Made by a program: the position numbers and the translations under genes
Notes under the pieces: model-generated
Told to the model about the DNA's origin: nothing
The model's database searches: none
What the model saw: only the letters and a program-made list of their open reading frames with translations
Assembly: GCA_964346985.1 (NCBI GenBank)
Contig: CAYFWW010000009.1
Span: forward strand, 45,083-109,082
DNA length: 64,000 nt
Reading direction: 5' to 3'
Source: an uncultured Actinomycetota bacterium
Lineage (GTDB): Bacteria > Actinomycetota > Aquicultoria > CAYFWW01
Part shown: positions 51,253 through 60,254 of the stretch, piece by piece
Numbering within the stretch: the stretch's first letter is position 1
Layout of the letters: every line of letters begins with the position of its first letter

Positions 51253-52550
51253 TATGGAATCCTGAATATGAAACAATGCCTAGACCAAGGATTGAGGAAA
51301 TTCAATTAGCACGACTGAAAGCTATTATTAAATGGACAACCGAAAAAGTCCCATACTTTAAAAAAAAGATGAAAAAAATTGGTCTGCATCCAAGAGATAT
51401 TAGAAGCCTAAGCGATATAACTAAACTTCCTTTTACCGATAAAGAGGATTTTAATAAAAATTATCCGTTTGGCTTATTAGCCGTACCGTTAGATATAGCA
51501 GTAAGAATACATTCTTCATCGGGAACCAAAGGGAATCCAACTGTTGTGGCTTATACTAAAGGTGATATTACGACCTGGGCAGAATTGACAGCGAGAATTT
51601 CTGTAGCCGGTGGAGCAAATAGCTCTGATATTGCTCAAATATCGTTTGGTTATGGATTATTTACCGGCGGTTTTGGTTTACATTATGGGCTAGAAAGAGT
51701 AGGTGTGACAGTTATTCCGCTTTCAGCTGGAAATACTGAGAGACAAATCAAGTTAATGAAAGATTTTGGAGCTACCATTCTCATCAGCACGCCTTCTTAC
51801 GCTTTATACATTGCAGAGGTAGGAAAAGAATTAGGCATTGATTTTTCAAAGCTTCCATTGAGAATCGGTTTATTTGGAGCAGAACCTTTCAGCGATCATA
51901 TGAGGGCAGAAATTGAGAAGAGGCTTTGCCTATCAGCTACGGATAATTATGGACTTACTGAAGTTATGGGGCCAGGTGTTTCCGGTGAGTGTGAAAATAA
52001 AGATGGATTACATATTAATGAGGACCATTTTTTAGTGGAGATAATTGATCCAGTGACCGAAAAAGTTTTACCCCTTGGTGAAGAAGGAGAACTGGTTATT
52101 ACAACTTTAACCAAAGAGGCTCTCCCTGTAATACGATATCGTACTAGAGATATAACAAGATTAAAAAAGGAAATGTGCACATGCGGAAGAACATTTAGGA
52201 GAATGGAGAAAGTAAAAGCTAGAACAGATGATATGTTGATTATTAGGGGGGTTAATGTCTATCCTTCGCAAATAGAAAATGTCTTATTAGAAGTAGAAGG
52301 TATTCAACCGCATTATCAGCTTATTATTAAAAGGGAAGGCAAACTAGATCAACTTCAGGTAAATGTTGAAGTTTCGGATGAAATTTTTCCGGATGAGATG
52401 AAAAAACTTGTTGAATTTGAAAAAAATATTGAAGAGAGGCTTTTTACTACTCTTGGTTTAAAAGCTCAAGTAAAATTAGTTGAACCGAAGACAATTGAAA
52501 GAACAACAGGTAAGGCGAAAAGGGTTCTAGATTATAGACAAAAAAACTAA
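51249..52550 (+). CDS. paaK: Phenylacetate--CoA ligase family protein (second copy)
   Basis: [41 protein letters not shown] overlap with livF. Confidence 0.92.
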   Translation: MIWNPEYETMPRPRIEEIQLARLKAIIKWTTEKVPYFKKKMKKIGLHPRDIRSLSDITKLPFTDKEDFNKNYPFGLLAVPLDIAVRIHSSSGTKGNPTVVAYTKGDITTWAELTARISVAGGANSSDIAQISFGYGLFTGGFGLHYGLERVGVTVIPLSAGNTERQIKLMKDFGATILISTPSYALYIAEVGKELGIDFSKLPLRIGLFGAEPFSDHMRAEIEKRLCLSATDNYGLTEVMGPGVSGECENKDGLHINEDHFLVEIIDPVTEKVLPLGEEGELVITTLTKEALPVIRYRTRDITRLKKEMCTCGRTFRRMEKVKARTDDMLIIRGVNVYPSQIENVLLEVEGIQPHYQLIIKREGKLDQLQVNVEVSDEIFPDEMKKLVEFEKNIEERLFTTLGLKAQVKLVEPKTIERTTGKAKRVLDYRQKN

Positions 52551-52570
52551 GACATTCAGAGGTATATAAA

Positions 52571-53014
52571 TTGCCTGCTCATTATGATAGTGAAACTAAA
52601 AAAAGGAATAAAAAAATAAAGATATTTCCTTGGTTTGTGCTGATAATATTATTGATTTTTATCATTTTAACTATGACTAATACTATAGGTAGTAATGAAG
52701 ACAATAAAAAAAAGACTCAAGCAAATAAAAAAGTTGAGGTAAAAGATAAAAATGAAGCAACAGAAGATAAGACAAAAGCATCGGAAAACGATGACAAGAT
52801 AATTGGCCAGGTTGAAGTATTGATTTCTGAATTAAATTTTAGAAGTAGCCCTGAAATTTCAGGTGATAATATTATTGGATCTTTTAATAAAGGTGATATG
52901 GTAGATGTAATGATACAAGAAGAAGATTGGTATAAGCTGAAAACAAAAGATGGTAAAGTCGGTTATGTTAATTCAGACAAAAGATATGTTAAATTCATTA
53001 AAGCAGAAAAATAA
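52571..53014 (+). CDS. Membrane-anchored SH3b domain protein
   Basis: TM then LNFRSSP...WYKL...GYV. Confidence 0.8.
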   Translation: MPAHYDSETKKRNKKIKIFPWFVLIILLIFIILTMTNTIGSNEDNKKKTQANKKVEVKDKNEATEDKTKASENDDKIIGQVEVLISELNFRSSPEISGDNIIGSFNKGDMVDVMIQEEDWYKLKTKDGKVGYVNSDKRYVKFIKAEK

Positions 53015-53075
53015 TAATTGTATTTAATGAAAATTTAATTTTAGGTATAATTTAGATGAGGTAATTTTACAAAAA

Positions 53076-53390
53076 ATGGCGAAAATATTTGGCAAAGCAA
53101 ATGATTTTTATCGGGTCAGAATTATAAACATTAAAGAGGACGAAGAAGTAGATATTGATTGGAGAGATGATATATTATTAAGAAAAACCGAAAATCACGA
53201 ATCTATACTGGAAGACAATTTTGTTATAGAATTAGTCAATTTAGATTCGGGGGAGAAAATAGCATTAAAGAAGTTTCCTAAACTACATCATGCTAAAAAG
53301 CATATAATAGAGATTGAAGAGGACCTTAACGAATTAACAAAGAATCAGTTTGAAAAAAAATACAATTTTCAAACACGAAAGGAGGTTTAA
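53076..53390 (+). CDS. Hypothetical protein
   Basis: SD GAGG, 104 aa ORF. Confidence 0.7.
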   Translation: MAKIFGKANDFYRVRIINIKEDEEVDIDWRDDILLRKTENHESILEDNFVIELVNLDSGEKIALKKFPKLHHAKKHIIEIEEDLNELTKNQFEKKYNFQTRKEV

Positions 53391-53391
53391 A

Positions 53392-53574
53392 TTGGATAAT
53401 TGTGAGAAATGCCGGTTCAATTCAATTTTAGAGAATGAATGTATTTTGGGGAGAACCAGAGAAAAGTGCAAGATACCTGAAGCTAGAAGGGGAGACGAGG
53501 AACTCATTAACAGGTTAATGACCTTTAGAACTGGACAGGTAAGTTATGAAAATATGGCTTCCGAAGAAATATAG
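53392..53574 (+). CDS. Small Cys-rich hypothetical protein (60 aa)
   Basis: SD AAAGGAGG then TTG; MDNCEKCRFNSILENECILGRTREKC (CxxC-x9-C-x8-C). Confidence 0.65.
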   Translation: MDNCEKCRFNSILENECILGRTREKCKIPEARRGDEELINRLMTFRTGQVSYENMASEEI

Positions 53575-53703
53575 GAATAATGCACTTATTTTTTAATATT
53601 AAATTTGTTATTTTTTATTTTTTTTAAAAAGTTAAAAATAAGGCTGGAACAGGAGGATTAAAATACCACTTTTTGTAGTATTTATACTACAAATTTTTAT
53701 TTT

Positions 53704-54027
53704 ATGGGTATTATAAAGTTTTATAACTATTATAGAATTTTAGAAGTAGATCCAAAAGCTTCGAATGAAGTAATCGATAAGGCATATAAAGCTTTGTCTC
53801 TAAAATATCATCCTGATAGAAAATCTGATAATAGGATAGAAGATAAGATAATAGATATGGTTATCATAAATGATGCTTATAATACATTAAAAGATAAAGT
53901 TAGAAGGTCTGAATATGATAGAAATTTTAAAAAAATAAGTTTTCAAGTCTTATTGAGTGAAGGAATTATGGGATTTATTAAACTCAGAAGAGTAAAAGTA
54001 ATAGAAATAGATACAAGCTGGTATTAA
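53704..54027 (+). CDS. J-domain protein
   Basis: YYRILEV, YHPD, INDAYNTL...R.EYD. Confidence 0.85.
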   Translation: MGIIKFYNYYRILEVDPKASNEVIDKAYKALSLKYHPDRKSDNRIEDKIIDMVIINDAYNTLKDKVRRSEYDRNFKKISFQVLLSEGIMGFIKLRRVKVIEIDTSWY

Positions 54028-54042
54028 TATAAAAAAGTTAAA

Positions 54043-54070
54043 AGTTTACATAAGATATATTATCGAACGT
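54043..54070 (-). other. dif chromosome dimer resolution site (XerCD)
   Basis: Minus strand ACGTTCGATAA-TATATC-TTATGTAAACT: 11-6-11 layout, XerD arm identical to B. subtilis dif; gene orientation switches here. Confidence 0.88.
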
Positions 54071-54119
54071 TACATATATTGTAAGAATCAATAAATTATA
54101 ATATAATGTAAAATAATGT

Positions 54120-54208
54120 AAAAAAGGTGGCCGCTTCCCTGCAAATTCAATTGTTACATCAAACTAAGGAGTATGGGTATGAATTGTTTGAGGACAGGAA
54201 AACGGCCA
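54120..54208. ncRNA. Structured RNA element next to dif (candidate sRNA, terminator or sORF leader)
   Basis: Nested pairings TGGCCG/CGGCCA, TTCC..TG/CAGGAA, AATTCA/TGAATT; T-tract on minus strand; AAGGAG in loop. Confidence 0.4.
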
Positions 54209-54281
54209 TATTTTATATTTTTTGTGTCTACCTCACTTTTTTCTGATTTATAAGACAAAATTTTCACACCTTGTAAAATTA

Positions 54282-54734
54282 TTATGCTTCCCAAATTTGC
54301 CCAAGATATTCAGAGGAAACTTCGAAATTCTTTTTAAATAATCTCTTAATAGCTTTTTTGTAATTTGGATATAGAGTAATCTTATCTAACTCATTAATTT
54401 CAATGAATTTAGCTTTCTTTAAACGATTATCTTTCTCAGCATGTATTTTACCGCTAACTATTTTTGCTAAAAAAACAATATTTATGATATGACGACTCTG
54501 ATCTGGGCTAATAGCATCACTTAAGAAAAGTGGGCGTATAGGTTCAACAGCAATACTACACTCTTCCAGTAGTTCCCTTTTTAGAGCACCTGCTATAGAT
54601 TCACCAAATTCAACCCCTCCACCAGGGAGAAGCCAGTATTTTCGCTCACCTTTTTGATGTTGAACCAATAGAATCTTGTTTTTTTTAGATATTATGACAG
54701 CTACTCTAACTCTAATCCTAGAACGTTTATTCAT
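54282..54734 (-). CDS. NUDIX hydrolase
   Basis: GGGVEFGES..ALKRELLEE Nudix box. Confidence 0.9.
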   Translation of the reverse strand: MNKRSRIRVRVAVIISKKNKILLVQHQKGERKYWLLPGGGVEFGESIAGALKRELLEECSIAVEPIRPLFLSDAISPDQSRHIINIVFLAKIVSGKIHAEKDNRLKKAKFIEINELDKITLYPNYKKAIKRLFKKNFEVSSEYLGQIWEA

Positions 54735-54945
54735 TTTCAAATTCTTTAAACCTGTTTTCAGCCTGAGCAATACTTTTTTCAAGCGCGCTTATTCTTTTTT
54801 TAAGGTCCATAATTGCCTGCTGATGTTCTTTTAGGCTGTCAACCTGAACATCGTGGAGTTCTGGAATATCAACACCAATTTGTTTGTTTGCTTCGTAGCT
54901 TAAAATTTTGTATTCCTTATACTCCCGTGCTTCCAAAACCTCCAT
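54727..54945 (-). CDS. Small coiled-coil hypothetical protein in the nrd operon
   Basis: Fills the dut-NUDIX gap; stop overlaps NUDIX start; start uncertain (ATG 54945 or ATT 54906). Confidence 0.6.
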   Translation of the reverse strand: MEVLEAREYKEYKILSYEANKQIGVDIPELHDVQVDSLKEHQQAIMDLKKRISALEKSIAQAENRFKEFENE

Positions 54946-55357
54946 CCCCCCTTTCAGTTTTGTCTAAATCATCAACTACAACGAAATTAGCTTTTTCAAC
55001 TTTTTGAAATATCAATTGGCAGATCTTGTCTCCTTTGTTAATCTGAAATGAATCTTTAAGGTCTGTATTTAATAAAACTACTTTAATCTCTCCACGGTAC
55101 TTTGAGTCTATTAAACCAGGGGTATTTACAATACTAATTCCATGATTAGCAGCGAGACCTGATCGAGGTTGAACAAAGCCGGCAAAACCTTGAGGAATTG
55201 AAACCGCTATACCCGTAGGTACTATAGCTCTTTCTCCTGGTTTTATAATTAAATCTATAGAACTGTAAAGGTCACAACCAGCATCACCGTCATAGGCATA
55301 AAAAGGAGTTGGAAGTTTCTGATTGATCTTTTTAATCTTGATATTCAATTCACTCAC
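54917..55357 (-). CDS. dut: dUTP diphosphatase
   Basis: DAGCDL, PRSGLA, GLIDSKYRGEI, RGDGGFGSTG; GTG start 55357. Confidence 0.95.
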   Translation of the reverse strand: MSELNIKIKKINQKLPTPFYAYDGDAGCDLYSSIDLIIKPGERAIVPTGIAVSIPQGFAGFVQPRSGLAANHGISIVNTPGLIDSKYRGEIKVVLLNTDLKDSFQINKGDKICQLIFQKVEKANFVVVDDLDKTERGDGGFGSTGV

Positions 55358-55412
55358 AGATTCGATTCTCCCCTCTTTTTCTTGGTTTAAATATGAAACT
55401 TTTTTCAATTTC

Positions 55413-56108
55413 TCAAGCTCCTCTAAGATAAGTTGGTAAATATTTTGAAGCAATAATTGCAAATTTTTCTAGCTCAGCTTTATCAAGTGGTGTAAGATTA
55501 CGCATTTCCTCTGAATCGGTATTGCAAGGATTATATTGCTGTAAAAAATACCTTTTACTGTTCTTAATTATTGTTGATATTTTTTCAATATCTTCTTTTT
55601 CAACTAATCCCGGGACTACAGTTGTCCTAAATTCATAATCAATATTTGCCTTAATTAATATTTCAATGCTTTTGTATATATCTTCGAAATTAATAGGTTT
55701 TTTCACGACAAACGAATATTTTTCAGGTGAAGTTTTTATATCCATAGCTATATAATCCACTAATTTTTCGTTGATAATCTGGGAGAGAGCTTCGGGCAGG
55801 GTCCCATTAGTATCCAATTTAACTGAAAATCCTAATTCTTTTATTATACTAACTAAATAATGTATTCCATGGTTTGTTAAGGGCTCTCCCCCAGTTATCA
55901 CACAACCATCTATCCATCCCCTTTTCTTTTTTAGATGATCTTCGATTTTTTTCCATGAAACATCTTCAAATCTATCGGGTTCACGGGCAAGTATATAATT
56001 ATGGCAGTATGGGCAGTTAAGATTACATCCACCTAAAAAAATAGTGGTCACTAGCTTTCCATCCCAATCAAGCATACTGACTGGAATATAGCCTTTTATT
56101 TTGGTTAT
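55413..56108 (-). CDS. nrdG: Anaerobic ribonucleotide reductase activating enzyme
   Basis: CNLNCPYCHN, ITGGEP, KLDTNG, YEFRTT; likely start ATA 56108 (ATG 56156 alternative). Confidence 0.9.
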   Translation of the reverse strand: MTKIKGYIPVSMLDWDGKLVTTIFLGGCNLNCPYCHNYILAREPDRFEDVSWKKIEDHLKKKRGWIDGCVITGGEPLTNHGIHYLVSIIKELGFSVKLDTNGTLPEALSQIINEKLVDYIAMDIKTSPEKYSFVVKKPINFEDIYKSIEILIKANIDYEFRTTVVPGLVEKEDIEKISTIIKNSKRYFLQQYNPCNTDSEEMRNLTPLDKAELEKFAIIASKYLPTYLRGA

Positions 56109-56350
56109 TGATATTGTTGGATTATCTCTTCTGGTGATGGTATTAATCCTCTCCATGAAGTTACCTCATTATTTTTTTCATCAACAATTAAGATGGATGG
56201 CGTTGTCATAATACTGTAATAAGCAGCCTCTGCTAAACCATCAACATCCTCAATGTCATAATCTGAATATTTAAGTCCAGATTTTTTCAAAGCTTCTTTA
56301 GCTTCAGGGCATTTAGGACAATTTTTCTTCCAAAATAGCTTTGCTTTCAT
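56105..56350 (-). CDS. Glutaredoxin/NrdH-like redoxin
   Basis: CPKC active site, TTP cis-Pro motif; between nrdD and nrdG. Confidence 0.85.
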   Translation of the reverse strand: MKAKLFWKKNCPKCPEAKEALKKSGLKYSDYDIEDVDGLAEAAYYSIMTTPSILIVDEKNNEVTSWRGLIPSPEEIIQQYQ

Positions 56351-58466
56351 ATTTAACCTCCTCTAACCCTGTTCTGATCCTATCTGATAACTCTCCAAAT
56401 TTTCCAAGGTTCCAGGTTGGTATTTTTGAATAATATCCAACTATTCGGGTAATGCCATATATATTACTTGAGCCGCAAAGAGGACATGTAGTAAATAATC
56501 CTCTTGATGTCTTACAACAATCCTGGCATACAGTAAATTCTGGGCTGAAAGCTATCTGGGCACAGTTGGTCTGTTTAAAGGTTTTTATGACGAAGTTTTT
56601 GATAGATTCTGGTGGGGGTTGGTTTTCGCCAAGCCAGACATGAACTATTGCTCCGGCTTCTATTAATGGGTGAAATAAGCTTTGTTTCTGTACCCTTTCA
56701 ATATAGTCAACAGGCGCATCAACAGCAATGTGAATGCTGTTGGAATAATAGAATTGCCTGTTTTCTATATTTCCCTTAATTACTTTTTTTGTTTGCTCAG
56801 GGTAATATTTCATATCTAGTTTGGATAATCTATAACCGCTAGATTCTGCTGGCGATTCTTCTAATACGATTTTGATACCATAGTGGTCTGATAATTGCTT
56901 GCATTTAAGGTTCATATGGGAAATAACTTTCAGCCCAAATTTTAAGGCCTCTTCATCCTCATGGAGTTGTTTTCCACAATGATATTGAACCATTTCATTT
57001 AATCCAAGAATCCCAGCTAAAAAAGTAAGTCTATCTATTCTTAAATAAGGCTCTCCATCTTTTTTAGCGCATAACATGGACAAAGGTCCGTCAACACCAA
57101 GATCAAGTAGTTCTTTAATGAAATTTTTCTTTTGAGCGTGAGCTTTAGCAACAAATTCCAAAGATTTGTTTATTTCAGCAAATAATAGTTCATCGTTTTT
57201 ATGTGCTTTGTAAGCAATTCGGGGTAAATTAATAGTAACATTTTGAAGTGCTGAGAAACGCATCTTTTCAGGAGTTTGTGCATCATCCAAATCTTGCTCG
57301 TTTAAACGGAGTTTGAGACGGCAACATTGAGAAACAGTAACTTCGTCTCCTCTATCAAAGACAAAATATGTAATTCCTTGACGACTGGCCACTTGGCAAG
57401 ATAAATCAAGAAATTCCTCATAGTTTTCAGTCTCAAAAAATTCTTTATTTATATGTAGCAGTGGTTTTGGAAAAACAAATGTTTTTCCCATCGCGTCTCC
57501 TTCAAGATAGACTTCAAACATAGCTTTTAGAAAAAGCTGGGCTTCTTTTTGATATTCTTTATATGTCTTTCCTGTGTATTCACCTCCCGGACCGATTGCA
57601 GGTGTATTTTGAAAGTGTTTAGGGACATTCCAATATAAGTTGAAATCAGTAAAGACAACTTGAGATCCCCTAGCACCCGCTAATTGGTTAAATTCATATA
57701 TAAGCATTTGGGCAAGTTGTTTAATCTCTTCATAACTTCGACTAATAAGATAGGGAGCAAAGAAAATATTAACAGCTTCCCATCCAATAGCACCAGCATA
57801 GTGAGATTGTAAACTGGATGCCATTTTAACCATATGACCAATCAAAACTTCGGCGTGTTTTGCAGGTTTAGATGTACTTGTAATATTTGGTAAAGAGATT
57901 CCGTATTTTTTAACATATTCAAGTGAGTGACCACCGCAATAAGGTCTAATAATAAACCCCAAATCATGTAAATGAATATCCCCTATAAGATGTGCCAAAG
58001 CAACATCTTCACTAAATACTTTTCTTAAAGCAAACTCTTTGAGCAATGATTCAGCCAGTGTTAAATTAATCGATTCGGGGTTATGAGTAGTATTTGAATT
58101 CTCACGATTAGCATTGTTAATGATTTGTTCAACATCATACATTGGTAAACCCAGGTGAGAGTGCTTTTTATGGAGTATGCTTAAATTACGCTCTAATAAT
58201 TCAATGTCGATTAATTCCCTAATCATGCTGGTGGTAATATTGGAAAGGTTGCTTTCAAAAATTTTCATTTCAACTGCATCAGCTATTTCTTTAGATAATT
58301 CAAGAGAGGCATTTGTCTCCTTTACCAGCGAGTCTACAATTTTAGATTTCTCCCAAATGTTTATTTCTTGCTGGGAGGAGGTGGAAACAAGTAATGCGAT
58401 ATCTGTTGTGTCATTGCTGCGTGAAGGCATTTTCTTTATTACGTTTATTGTTCTGTTTGGTGGCAT
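56313..58466 (-). CDS. nrdD: Anaerobic ribonucleoside-triphosphate reductase (class III)
   Basis: ATP cone, IHLHDL, SQCCRL, PAES, C-terminal CxxC..CxxC and RIVGYY glycyl-radical motif. Confidence 0.95.
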   Translation of the reverse strand: MPPNRTINVIKKMPSRSNDTTDIALLVSTSSQQEINIWEKSKIVDSLVKETNASLELSKEIADAVEMKIFESNLSNITTSMIRELIDIELLERNLSILHKKHSHLGLPMYDVEQIINNANRENSNTTHNPESINLTLAESLLKEFALRKVFSEDVALAHLIGDIHLHDLGFIIRPYCGGHSLEYVKKYGISLPNITSTSKPAKHAEVLIGHMVKMASSLQSHYAGAIGWEAVNIFFAPYLISRSYEEIKQLAQMLIYEFNQLAGARGSQVVFTDFNLYWNVPKHFQNTPAIGPGGEYTGKTYKEYQKEAQLFLKAMFEVYLEGDAMGKTFVFPKPLLHINKEFFETENYEEFLDLSCQVASRQGITYFVFDRGDEVTVSQCCRLKLRLNEQDLDDAQTPEKMRFSALQNVTINLPRIAYKAHKNDELLFAEINKSLEFVAKAHAQKKNFIKELLDLGVDGPLSMLCAKKDGEPYLRIDRLTFLAGILGLNEMVQYHCGKQLHEDEEALKFGLKVISHMNLKCKQLSDHYGIKIVLEESPAESSGYRLSKLDMKYYPEQTKKVIKGNIENRQFYYSNSIHIAVDAPVDYIERVQKQSLFHPLIEAGAIVHVWLGENQPPPESIKNFVIKTFKQTNCAQIAFSPEFTVCQDCCKTSRGLFTTCPLCGSSNIYGITRIVGYYSKIPTWNLGKFGELSDRIRTGLEEVKYESKAILEEKLS

Positions 58467-58505
58467 GTAGACCTCCTTTAGTTTAATTTAGTTTTTACCT
58501 TTGTA

Positions 58506-58952
58506 TTATTTAAGCTTTGAAAGCTCTGAAATAAAATCATCAAGGTCACCGAATTCCTTATAAACAGAGGCAAATCTAATATAAGCGACCTTATCTATCT
58601 CTCTCAATCTTTTTAAGACCATATTTCCAAGATTTCTTGCTTTAACTTCGTATTGAAACTTGTTTCTAAGTTCGGTTTCAATATTATTAATCAGTCTTTC
58701 TATGTCATCATCAGATACATGTCTTTTTACGGTAGCTCTTAGGATTCCCATTTTTAGCTTATTACGGTCAAATATTTCTCGTTGACCGTCTTTTTTTATA
58801 ATTGTCAAAGGACTTTCTTCAATTCGCTCATACGTTGTATACCGCTGTGAACACTTTAAGCACTCTCTCCTGCGTCTAATCGCATCACTGTCGACCGTTG
58901 CCCTAGAATCTATGACTTTCGTTTCTGTTTGCCCACAATATGGACACCTCAT
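58506..58952 (-). CDS. nrdR: Transcriptional repressor NrdR
   Basis: MRCPYC, VIDSR, RRRREC, AYIRFASVY. Confidence 0.96.
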   Translation of the reverse strand: MRCPYCGQTETKVIDSRATVDSDAIRRRRECLKCSQRYTTYERIEESPLTIIKKDGQREIFDRNKLKMGILRATVKRHVSDDDIERLINNIETELRNKFQYEVKARNLGNMVLKRLREIDKVAYIRFASVYKEFGDLDDFISELSKLK

Positions 58953-58969
58953 AAATTACCTTTACAATA

Positions 58970-59017
58970 TCCCTATATCTTGTGGTCTAGTAATATATAG
59001 CATACTATATATTGGAT
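58970..59017. promoter_or_regulatory. Tandem NrdR boxes upstream of the nrdR-nrdD operon
   Basis: TCCCTATATCTTGTGG (58970-85) and ATACTATATATTGGAT (59002-17), 32 bp apart, match acaCwAtATaTwGtgt. Confidence 0.85.
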
Positions 59018-59040
59018 GTAAAGAGATTTTGCAAAAAAAA

Positions 59041-59379
59041 TTATTTTTTTGCAAAACATATTTTTACCTGGTCAGATAATGGTATTTTTAATTCCTGACC
59101 AGGGTAAATTAGACTGCTTGAGAGTTTATTTTCTCTTTTTATTTGCCAGACAAACCGGCGAATGTCTGATCCATCATCAACATGTTTTTTAGCAATATTC
59201 CAGAGATTATCACCTTTTTTAACAGTTACTAAGCGGTACTTATCAGTATTATTTACATTTGAACCTATCAATAATATGGTTGTTAAAGAAAATATTATGA
59301 AGACTACTGCCATATACAGGATACTTTTTGTGTATAAAATTGATTTGGCATTAACCATTGTAAATATACCAGAACCCAT
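59041..59379 (-). CDS. yneA: LysM-domain SOS cell-division inhibitor (YneA-like)
   Basis: TM + VKKGDNLWNIA...IYPGQELKIP; divergent from lexA with SOS boxes. Confidence 0.82.
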   Translation of the reverse strand: MGSGIFTMVNAKSILYTKSILYMAVVFIIFSLTTILLIGSNVNNTDKYRLVTVKKGDNLWNIAKKHVDDGSDIRRFVWQIKRENKLSSSLIYPGQELKIPLSDQVKICFAKK

Positions 59380-59398
59380 CAAAAACCCCCAAAAAAAT

Positions 59399-59444
59399 AG
59401 AACATTTGTTCGTTTATTATAAAACGAACATTTGTTCGTGTCAA
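59399..59444 (-). promoter_or_regulatory. yneA promoter with two LexA boxes
   Basis: AGAACATTTGTTCG (59399-412), CGAACATTTGTTCG (59425-38); minus-strand TTGACA-17-TATAAT. Confidence 0.9.
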
Positions 59445-59523
59445 GGTAATATAAAAAGTATTTTTTAGCTTTTTAAAAAGCATATATTAATAAAAAAAAG
59501 TTTTGAATTTTAAGAACCTAAAT

Positions 59524-59563
59524 CGAACACTAGTTTGCTTATTAATAACTGTTATGCTATACT
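59524..59563 (+). promoter_or_regulatory. lexA promoter with degenerate LexA box
   Basis: CGAACACTAGTTTG (59524-37) overlapping TTGCTT-17-TATACT with extended TG. Confidence 0.75.
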
Positions 59564-59595
59564 GGCCCCAATTAATAGGAATATAGGGAGGAATA

Positions 59596-60237
59596 ATGAA
59601 AAAAGAAAAATTAACCAGAAGACAAAAACAGATATTGGATTATATAATTGCTGAAATTAAGGATAAAAATTACCCTCCTTCAGTTAGAGAAATTGGACAA
59701 GCCATTGGTTTAAGTTCCAGCTCTACTGTACACAGTCATTTAGCATCACTTGAAAAAAAAGGTTATATCAAAAGAGATCCGAGTAAACCAAGAGCTATTG
59801 AAGTAATTGCTAGGCAATTTTCTGATGAACCAAAATATTTAGATCAAAATATTAGAAATATTCCATTAGTTGGCAATATAGCAGCTGGAGGTCCAATTCT
59901 GGCGGAACAAAATATAGAAGAGTATTTACCTCTTCCCTCTTCATTACTTTCTTCTGGTGATTGCTTTGCCCTGACTGTTAAAGGTGACAGTATGATAGAA
60001 GCTGGAATTTTTGATGGTGATTATGTAATTGCCAGAGTTCAACAGACTGCAGATAATGGAGATATTGTTGTGGCCATAATAAACAATGGAGAACCGGAAG
60101 CCACAGTTAAAAGGTTCTACCGGGGAAAAGACCATATAAGGTTAAATCCAGATAATCCTGCATATCAACCTATTATACTGGATGAAGTATCAATTCAAGG
60201 AAAAGTTGTCGCAGTCTTTCGACGTTTGGTTAACTAA
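59596..60237 (+). CDS. lexA: SOS repressor LexA
   Basis: YPPSVREIG, IAAGGP (Ala-Gly cleavage site), GDSMIEAG, TVKRF. Confidence 0.97.
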   Translation: MKKEKLTRRQKQILDYIIAEIKDKNYPPSVREIGQAIGLSSSSTVHSHLASLEKKGYIKRDPSKPRAIEVIARQFSDEPKYLDQNIRNIPLVGNIAAGGPILAEQNIEEYLPLPSSLLSSGDCFALTVKGDSMIEAGIFDGDYVIARVQQTADNGDIVVAIINNGEPEATVKRFYRGKDHIRLNPDNPAYQPIILDEVSIQGKVVAVFRRLVN

Positions 60238-60254
60238 TAAAAATAGACTCAAAT

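Noticed and set aside
1484..52180. Many short antisense/overlapping ORFs in the track (e.g. 1484-1783, 2189-2602, 9493-9765, 50910-51305)
   Set aside because: Shadows of well-supported genes on the opposite strand, with no motifs
53651..53703. AGGAGG upstream of the J-domain gene suggesting a longer N-terminus
   Set aside because: An in-frame TAA at 53659 immediately follows the SD; the nearby TGTAGTA/TACTACA hairpin looks like a simple terminator
54120..54208. Possible c-di-GMP riboswitch or 6S RNA
   Set aside because: Lacks GEMM consensus elements, and is too short for 6S with no central bubble
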